The notes under the pieces are model-generated. The model saw nothing but the letters and a program-made list of their open reading frames with translations. It was not told the origin of the DNA and did no database searches. Of a stretch of 64,000 bases of DNA, positions 57,621-64,000 are shown piece by piece. The translations under genes and the position numbers were made by a program. Source of the DNA: Parcubacteria group bacterium (GTDB lineage Bacteria; Patescibacteriota; Minisyncoccia; Moranbacterales; UBA9337); NCBI GenBank assembly GCA_041662245.1, contig JBAZSW010000003.1:45798-109797 (forward strand), written 5' to 3'. The number at the start of each line of letters is the position of its first letter. Within the stretch, counting starts at the first letter, position 1.

Positions 57621-58910
57621 ATGTTAGCTAAATTTATTCAGAAATTATTTTATATTTTTATTTTTTTTCTTTCTTGGCAAACTGTTTTTATCTTAAGAGA
57701 AGTTAAAATAAATAATGAGAAATTCCAATATGGTACGCTTGGAATTTATTTTTTTGAACTGCTTTTGTCGGTTTGGCTCTTGCTAAATATAGTTTCTCTA
57801 AAAAAATGTTCCAATAAAAAAATATTATTTTCTGTTCTAATATTTATTGGCTATTCATTTCTGTCAATTTTTTGGGCTTACGACAAACTTCTTTCTCTGC
57901 ATCTTTTATTTCCCCTTGTTTTAGGCGCCTTGTCATTTTTAGTCTTACAAGAAAAACTATTAAATTTTAAAGTTTTTACCTTTTCCCTAATTCTATCAAC
58001 CTCCCTTCATGGGCTACTGGGTCTTTATCAATTTTTTACTCAATCTAGTTTTTCCAATAAATGGCTAGGAATATCAGAGCATATTGTTTGGCAAGGAGGC
58101 ACCTCTGTATTAGAGATAGAATCAGCAAGGTTCTTAAGAGCCTACGGAGGCATGCTTCATCCTAATATCTTAGGAGGATTTTTAATGATTGCTATCTTAC
58201 TTGGACTATGCGCCTACTTAAAATCCTCACCTAAAGAAAACTATTGGAAATATTTTCTACTAATTACTCTTTTGGTAAATTTTTCCGCTTTCTTAGTAAC
58301 CTTTTCTCGATCTGCTTTTATTGCCCTTTTGGCGGGATTATTTTTTATATTAACCTATTATTTATATCACAAAAAAATAGCGCAAGTTAAAAAGTTATTG
58401 TCATTTATTTTCATTTTTATTGTGATAGGAATTATATTTTTACTATCATTTTTTAATTTATTTTTTAACAGAATAACTATTAATTCTAGATTAGAAAGCA
58501 AATCTATTAAAGAAAGAATCGTTGCTATTAAAGAATCCCAAGAACTTATATATCAAAATCCATTTTTAGGAACTGGCATTGGAAATTATACTAGCGCCTT
58601 AATAAAAAACAAAAATGTCACAAAAGAAATTTGGCATTTTCAACCTGTACATAATATTTATTTATTAATCTTCTCCGAATTAGGAATCTTCGGTTTTTCA
58701 TTTTTTTTATTTATCGTTATTTTTATAATTTGGGATTTTTTTGAATCATTTAAAAAAGAAGATATCAATCGAGTTATTTTCTCTGTTATAATAGTTTCTC
58801 TTCTAATATTATCCCTATTTGACCACTGGGTCTGGACCTCTCATTCGGGAATTATTATTTTTTGGTTACTTCTCGGTTTTTCCAGAGAAAAAAATATTAA
58901 TTATGTCTGA
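57621..58910 (+). CDS. O-antigen ligase / Wzy_C family polytopic membrane protein (paralog 3)
   Basis: Multi-TM. Periplasmic loop ...FQPVHNIYLLIFSELGIFG. Confidence 0.55.
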   Translation: MLAKFIQKLFYIFIFFLSWQTVFILREVKINNEKFQYGTLGIYFFELLLSVWLLLNIVSLKKCSNKKILFSVLIFIGYSFLSIFWAYDKLLSLHLLFPLVLGALSFLVLQEKLLNFKVFTFSLILSTSLHGLLGLYQFFTQSSFSNKWLGISEHIVWQGGTSVLEIESARFLRAYGGMLHPNILGGFLMIAILLGLCAYLKSSPKENYWKYFLLITLLVNFSAFLVTFSRSAFIALLAGLFFILTYYLYHKKIAQVKKLLSFIFIFIVIGIIFLLSFFNLFFNRITINSRLESKSIKERIVAIKESQELIYQNPFLGTGIGNYTSALIKNKNVTKEIWHFQPVHNIYLLIFSELGIFGFSFFLFIVIFIIWDFFESFKKEDINRVIFSVIIVSLLILSLFDHWVWTSHSGIIIFWLLLGFSREKNINYV

Positions 58911-59703
58911 TAACCCAATACCTTAGCTTATAAAAAAATCTAAAGAATTTTAATATCCAAAGAAATTTTCGATTAAACCATTTCTCATAAAAATAATTTT
59001 GAGATTTGAAATACTCATTCTTTTGCTTGCTCTTTCCACAAGAGCTTCCTCCTTCTAGGTGCGCCACCTCGAAAAAAGGAAAATATATTACTTTTTTATT
59101 CATCTTTCTTATTCTTTTACATAAATCTACATCTTCATAATAAAGAAAAAAATTTTCATCAAAACCACCCTCTAATAAAAACAATTCTTTTTTTACAAAA
59201 AGACTCACTCCGCTAACCCAGTCTACTTCTGTTTTTTTATTGCTATTCCATAGCCTTTTACTTTTAGAAAAACCAAACTTGCTTCTTAAAATCTCAAAGA
59301 TATCCATATCTACTCCTACGCTCCATGGTTGAATTTTCCCTTCTTTCAAAACCTTAGGACCAATTACGCCTATTTCATTATTGGCATCAAATTCCTTAAT
59401 TAAATCTACTATAGTATCTGAAATAAAATTTGCATCTGGATTTAAAAAACATAAAATATCTCCTCGACTTTTTTTTGCCCCTATATTGTTCGCCCTAGAA
59501 AAACCTACATTTTCATTAATTTCAATAATATTTATCTTATTTAAATATTTTTCTATTTTTCCGAAAGATTCCAATTTTTCCTTATCATTATTGACCACAA
59601 TAATTTCAAAATCCAATTCTATTGCTTTTTTAGCAATAGATAAGATACACTTTTCTAAATATTTTTTACTCTTGTAATTAACTATGACAAAAGAAACTTT
59701 CAT
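58897..59703 (-). CDS. family 2 glycosyltransferase
   Basis: VSFVIVNYKSKKYLEKCILS ... DxD-like region. Confidence 0.75.
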   Translation of the reverse strand: MKVSFVIVNYKSKKYLEKCILSIAKKAIELDFEIIVVNNDKEKLESFGKIEKYLNKINIIEINENVGFSRANNIGAKKSRGDILCFLNPDANFISDTIVDLIKEFDANNEIGVIGPKVLKEGKIQPWSVGVDMDIFEILRSKFGFSKSKRLWNSNKKTEVDWVSGVSLFVKKELFLLEGGFDENFFLYYEDVDLCKRIRKMNKKVIYFPFFEVAHLEGGSSCGKSKQKNEYFKSQNYFYEKWFNRKFLWILKFFRFFYKLRYWVIRHN

Positions 59704-59721
59704 AATTCTATTTAAAAAAAA

Positions 59722-60555
59722 TTATCTAAATTCTCGGTAGGCTCTCCTGACGATAAGCGCTACTTTATTATTTTTGTTTTTCAATATATCCAATCTATTT
59801 TTTATCTTTCTTAATAATAAATAAACTTCTATATAAATTCTTAATAATAAATTGGAATTTTTTCTAAAAAATATAATACCGGAAATGACTAAAAAATAAA
59901 ATTTATTTAAGCTTTCCGCACTCTTTTCAAAATGGAAAACCTTAGCTATCGAAACTATTTTTAATTTGAAATTATTTTTTCTTGCCCGAAAGGAAAAATC
60001 TACATCTTCATAATATAAAAAGAATTTTTCATCTAGCAATCCAATTTTTTTAAAAACTTCTTTTCTAACAAGCATTGCACAACCTGTAATATATTGTGTG
60101 TATCTAATATCATTTTGATGTATTGCCTTCATTTTAAACCAATCTATTTTACCCCCAGAAAACCAAATGTTTTTACTTTTATCTTTATATATAACAGGAC
60201 TTAATATTCCGATGGATCTGTCTTTTTGAGCTGCAAAAACCAATTTATCCAAGGTGTCTTTTTCAACTAGGGCATCGTTATTTAAAAGGAACACAAAATC
60301 AGCCATCTTCTCCAACGCCCATTTTATAGCCACATTATTTCCTCCAGCAAACCCAATATTTTGACTATTTTTTATAAAATTAAATTTGCCAAAAGAAAGT
60401 TGTGCCTCCTCAAAAGAATTGTCTGCAGAATTATTATCTACTACCACCACTTGAAAGTTGGGATATTTTAATTTATAAACACTCTCTAGGCATTTTTTTA
60501 AAATATCTCCTCCATTATAATTTAAAATTATAACAAAAACCCTTGGATAATTCAT
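59722..60555 (-). CDS. family 2 glycosyltransferase
   Basis: VFVIILNYNGGDILKKCLESV. Confidence 0.75.
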   Translation of the reverse strand: MNYPRVFVIILNYNGGDILKKCLESVYKLKYPNFQVVVVDNNSADNSFEEAQLSFGKFNFIKNSQNIGFAGGNNVAIKWALEKMADFVFLLNNDALVEKDTLDKLVFAAQKDRSIGILSPVIYKDKSKNIWFSGGKIDWFKMKAIHQNDIRYTQYITGCAMLVRKEVFKKIGLLDEKFFLYYEDVDFSFRARKNNFKLKIVSIAKVFHFEKSAESLNKFYFLVISGIIFFRKNSNLLLRIYIEVYLLLRKIKNRLDILKNKNNKVALIVRRAYREFR

Positions 60556-60578
60556 AATTTAAATAGAAAATTTTGTTT

Positions 60579-61994
60579 TTAAGATGAAAAAATCAAACTT
60601 CTTATTTCCCTAACAGTTATCGCCCTCGTTAGCCAAAGAAATAAAACGTAAAATAAAACACTACCCACTCCCGTATAAATAAAATTTAAACGATTAAAAA
60701 CTATTAAAAATAGACCCATGGCCAAACCCGAAAAAAATATTTTTCCCCAGCCTTTTAATGAAAAATTATAATCCACTCTTTTATTGATAGCCCACATCGT
60801 CAAAACAACCACTAATAGTTCTGTCAAAACCGAAACGACAGCCGCCCCCATATAAGAATATTTTGGAATTAAAATAAAATTTAAACCTATATTGAAAACT
60901 GCGCAAAATGACAATATATACATCAGCTTCCCTTGCAAATTCGCTGCCAATAAAACACTATTGAAAAGATTTCCAAAAAATATAAAAGCTAAAGCAAATA
61001 TTAATATTCTCAAAACATTAGCCGAAATCAAAAATTGATTGCCTCCAATTATATTTATAACATCTTCTGCTAAAAATAATGTTCCTATAATCATAGGTAC
61101 CACCATAATAAGAAAAACTTTTACTGTTTTGTTTATAACCTTAGTAAAATTATTTTTATCAGAAAAAACATACATAGATAAAAGTGGTAAAATCAATCCT
61201 ACTATCATACCAGGGAAAAAAGTAATATTTTCAATTATCTTATAAGCCATATTATAAATCCCTACTGACTCACTTCCTTTTAAAAATGACAGCATAATCG
61301 TATCCATTTTAAAATAAAGAAAAGTAACAAATGCGGATATTCCTACGGGATAAGACATTTTTAAAAATTTTTTCCAATAATCAAAATCAAATTCTAAAGA
61401 AAATTTACTATATTTTCGACTCAAAAAAATTACCATAAAAAAAGTAAACATTGTACTCACTAAAACTGACATCATAACAGAAGTGAAACCCCAATCATTT
61501 TTAACAACCAAAATTACAAAAATTACTTGCAACACCTTTCCTATCAGCTCAGCTATCGTAACCTTGTCCATTCTTAAATTCTTCTGAAAAATTCCATTAA
61601 AAACCATGTAGGAAGAGGCAAAAACATAAGAAAGAGCTATAATTAAAATTCCTTTTTTAATTTCCTCCGGATATGGCAAAAATACAAAAAGAATTGGCAC
61701 TATAATGACTAAAAATGAGGCGCTTATTAATCTCAAAGCAAAAACATTACTCATTATTTTTTCCTCATTGGAATTTTTTCGAGAGATTTCTCTAGTTGCA
61801 ATAGAATATAAGCCCAAATCTAATATTGCTCCAAAAAAAGAAAAGAAAGCTAAAACAGTGGCATAATCCCCAAAACCATTTACTCCCAAATATCTGGTTA
61901 TAAAACCAATGTTAACCAGAGCTAAAATAGTTGAACATACTTTAGCAATAGTACTAGCTACTACATTATAGGCAATCTTTCGAGCAAGAGCCAT
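60579..61994 (-). CDS. polysaccharide/oligosaccharide flippase (Wzx/PST family)
   Basis: ~12-14 TM helices. MALARKIAYNVVASTIAKV N-terminus typical of PST flippases. Confidence 0.7.
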   Translation of the reverse strand: MALARKIAYNVVASTIAKVCSTILALVNIGFITRYLGVNGFGDYATVLAFFSFFGAILDLGLYSIATREISRKNSNEEKIMSNVFALRLISASFLVIIVPILFVFLPYPEEIKKGILIIALSYVFASSYMVFNGIFQKNLRMDKVTIAELIGKVLQVIFVILVVKNDWGFTSVMMSVLVSTMFTFFMVIFLSRKYSKFSLEFDFDYWKKFLKMSYPVGISAFVTFLYFKMDTIMLSFLKGSESVGIYNMAYKIIENITFFPGMIVGLILPLLSMYVFSDKNNFTKVINKTVKVFLIMVVPMIIGTLFLAEDVINIIGGNQFLISANVLRILIFALAFIFFGNLFNSVLLAANLQGKLMYILSFCAVFNIGLNFILIPKYSYMGAAVVSVLTELLVVVLTMWAINKRVDYNFSLKGWGKIFFSGLAMGLFLIVFNRLNFIYTGVGSVLFYVLFLWLTRAITVREIRSLIFSS

Positions 61995-62012
61995 TAATTA
62001 AAACAAAAAAAA

Positions 62013-62483
62013 TTATATTAATGATGCTGGTTTTATAACAATTCTTCTCTCTTCGCCATCACCGACACTCTCTGTTATAACTTCTTCATTATCGGCCAAA
62101 AGCATATGAACCAATCGTCTATTATAAGCAGACATTGGTCTCATGACAACAGCTTTTTTTTCTATAATTACCTGTTTGGCTAAAGATTTGGCCATATCAA
62201 TGACTGATGATTCCTGATCTTTTTTGTACGAATTGACATCTAAAATAAATTTAATGTTTTCATCTGTTTGTTTTCTCACTAAAAGTCTGACTATATGTTG
62301 CAAAGCTTGTAAATTATCTCCATTTTGACCAATTATAAAATTCCCTTCACTCTGAGTTTTTATATTGCAAATGAATTTGTTATCTTCTTCTGATTTAATA
62401 ACATCCACCTCACAATCAAAACCTATTTTTTTTAGTAAATCTTCCGTTACAGATCTTATAATTTGATTATTTTTTTTATCCAT
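62013..62483 (-). CDS. jag: Jag/KhpB-like RNA-binding protein (KH + R3H)
   Basis: R3H motif region MSAYNRRLVH; position downstream of yidC. Confidence 0.7.
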   Translation of the reverse strand: MDKKNNQIIRSVTEDLLKKIGFDCEVDVIKSEEDNKFICNIKTQSEGNFIIGQNGDNLQALQHIVRLLVRKQTDENIKFILDVNSYKKDQESSVIDMAKSLAKQVIIEKKAVVMRPMSAYNRRLVHMLLADNEEVITESVGDGEERRIVIKPASLI

Positions 62484-62487
62484 AGTT

Positions 62488-63240
62488 TTATTTATTTATC
62501 TCTTCTTTTTTAAAAATATATAATTGCTGAAGTACAGAAAAAAGAGTTGAGATCAGCCAATATATAGGCAATGCAGCTGCAAACTTAATTCCGATGAAAA
62601 GAGTTAAGGCCGGACCTAAAATCATCATTTGTTTATTCATAATCTCAGAAAAATCAGGATCTTTTGATTTATCGCCTGCTTTTTCCTTTTTGACTACTTC
62701 GCTTTTTTTCTTATTTTTAGCCATCATTAATTTTGTTTGCCAAAACTGAGCGGCAGCTGCCAAAATAGCAATAGGAATACTAGGTTTTAATAAATCAACT
62801 ACTCCCAGAAACACTTTATTTATTTCTCCTGGATTTTTTACAAAAGGATATAAATCCTTCCCATCTATCACCAATCCTGCATTTGAAATATTTATAATTA
62901 CTCTATAAATAGCAATTAAAAATATTAATTGAATAATTATTGGAAAACAACCAGAAAAAGGATTGACCTTATTTTCTTTATAAAAGATCATCACCTCTTT
63001 AGTTTGTCTCTCCTTGTCATTTTTATATTTTTCTTGTATCTCTTTTAATTTTGGCTGAATCTCTTGCATTCTTTTTTGAGACTGAATTTGTGTTTTAGAC
63101 AAAGGAATTAAAATTGATTTAAGTAATATTGTAACAATTATAATGGCTATCCCAAAATCTCCACCAGGGATAACATTGTAAAGAAAAATTAAAACATTAT
63201 AAAGAGGCTGATAAATTAATTCATGAAAAATAGTAATCAT
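62488..63240 (-). CDS. yidC: membrane protein insertase YidC (short Gram-positive type)
   Basis: PLSKTQIQSQKRMQEIQPKLKEIQEKYKND...NPFSGCFPIIIQ. Confidence 0.8.
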   Translation of the reverse strand: MITIFHELIYQPLYNVLIFLYNVIPGGDFGIAIIIVTILLKSILIPLSKTQIQSQKRMQEIQPKLKEIQEKYKNDKERQTKEVMIFYKENKVNPFSGCFPIIIQLIFLIAIYRVIINISNAGLVIDGKDLYPFVKNPGEINKVFLGVVDLLKPSIPIAILAAAAQFWQTKLMMAKNKKKSEVVKKEKAGDKSKDPDFSEIMNKQMMILGPALTLFIGIKFAAALPIYWLISTLFSVLQQLYIFKKEEINK

Positions 63241-63278
63241 AAGAAAAATAAAAAAATTTTGTTTTTATAACTTAAACA

Positions 63279-63419
63279 TTAAACAGCTAACTTTTTTCTT
63301 CCTTTCTGGCGCCTTCTTTTGATAACTTCTTGTCCATTTGTTGTGCTCATTCTTTCTAAGAAGCCGTGTGTCTTAGAACGCTTTCTCTTTTTTGGTTGAT
63401 ATGTTCTTTTTGTACTCAT
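63279..63419 (-). CDS. rpmH: 50S ribosomal protein L34
   Basis: Manual translation [46 protein letters not shown] (46 aa). Below the ORF-track size cutoff. Confidence 0.8.
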   Translation of the reverse strand: MSTKRTYQPKKRKRSKTHGFLERMSTTNGQEVIKRRRQKGRKKLAV

Positions 63420-63548
63420 ATATTTTTATATACTATTAAAATAAATTATTTATTCAATGTTCTAAAATTATCATATATATAAGTATTTGTCGAGAGGTTT
63501 TGCTTTTTTGTTTTTAAAATGCTTTAATTAAAACATAACTACAAAAAT

Positions 63549-63884
63549 ATGCTCTCCAAAAAATATAAAATTATAAAAAAAGAAGATTTTAATTTGTTAT
63601 ATAAAAATGGTATTACATATCATTCTAAGCACCTTAAAATACTTATTTTACCAAATAACCTAAAAAGTAATCGTTTTTCAATTGTAGTTTCAAAAAAAAT
63701 TTCAGCTAAGGCAACCGTCAGAAATGCAACAAAAAGAAAATTGAAACATATTCTTCCATCTTTAGATACCTTTTTCCCTACAAAAGTCGATGCCCTATTG
63801 ATCGCGCACGCAGGAATAGGAAACCTAAAAACAAATATTTTAATAGAAGAAATAAAAAATATCATCAAAAGAATAACTTTATAA
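63549..63884 (+). CDS. rnpA: ribonuclease P protein component
   Basis: 111 aa. KATVRNATKRKLKHIL ~ RnpA RNR motif region. Divergent from rpmH. Confidence 0.7.
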   Translation: MLSKKYKIIKKEDFNLLYKNGITYHSKHLKILILPNNLKSNRFSIVVSKKISAKATVRNATKRKLKHILPSLDTFFPTKVDALLIAHAGIGNLKTNILIEEIKNIIKRITL

Positions 63885-64000
63885 AATTGCTTATATCCTA
63901 TTAAAATAGTATGCTATTTAAAAATTATAAAATGTTCCACGTGAAACAATAATAAGATCAATCCTCACTTCAGGCATTCCACCTTAAATTATCCTTGCCT

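Noticed and set aside
63620-63868. 82-aa minus-strand ORF
   Set aside because: Antisense inside rnpA, whose RNR motif region is recognisable
1-64000. CRISPR arrays, rRNA and tRNA genes
   Set aside because: No regularly spaced 25-40-nt direct repeats. No rRNA-like conserved stretches. GGTTCGAATCC-type T-arm sequences checked by eye in intergenic regions (e.g. 50960-50975, 32560-32700) did not yield cloverleaf-compatible stems.
63885-64000. GTTCCACGTGAAAC palindrome and TTATCCTTG DnaA-box-like 9-mer after rnpA, as a possible oriC edge
   Set aside because: There is one degenerate box and the window ends. Evidence is insufficient.

Overview
This 64-kb window is low-GC and densely packed with genes, mostly on the minus strand. 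By inference it comes from a reduced-genome, monoderm, anaerobic bacterium (CPR/Patescibacteria-like): it has FemAB, LysM-CHAP, a PrgI-like T4SS, and rubrerythrin/desulfoferrodoxin. This taxonomic guess was not tested. Housekeeping genes I recognise are polA (partial), a cyclophilin PPIase, tsaE, comM/yifB, lspA, a dksA/traR-like gene, a U32 peptidase, ruvA, rpsT, holA, mutM, rlmH, xer, pcrA/uvrD, thiI, and rpmH-yidC-jag with rnpA transcribed divergently. Accessory content, from left to right: (1) a giant 2477-aa membrane-anchored Kelch-propeller/FN3 protein whose stop overlaps a MacB/FtsX-type ABC exporter and a class-A beta-lactamase-like gene, with an excisionase-family HTH gene just upstream; (2) a cell-wall remodelling island (Amidase_2, rhodanese, two tandem GH73-like glucosaminidase paralogs with a private Cys-rich C-terminal tail) abutting a histidine kinase / stand-alone receiver / PilB ATPase unit; (3) a Gram-positive-type type IV secretion-like cluster (VirB4 ATPase, PrgI/VirB3-like, VirB6-like polytopic protein, two small VirB2-like proteins each with its own terminator, a LysM-LysM-CHAP hydrolase), preceded by a 972-aa Cys/Gly/Ser/Thr/Asp-rich surface protein and followed by a tyrosine recombinase; (4) a perR-rubrerythrin-desulfoferrodoxin oxidative-stress operon with a clear 7-1-7 operator; (5) three Wzy_C/O-antigen-ligase-like paralogs, two GT2 glycosyltransferases and a Wzx flippase. 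Several short sequence elements recur in intergenic DNA: an ~80-bp element with 12-bp terminal inverted repeats (2 copies), perfect DnaA-box 9-mers inside an extended 20-nt motif upstream of hydrolase genes, a TCATTTCGAS 10-mer (5 sites), and tandem AGTTTRTAA 9-mers immediately after stop codons (4 sites). I found no CRISPR array, rRNA gene or convincing tRNA gene.
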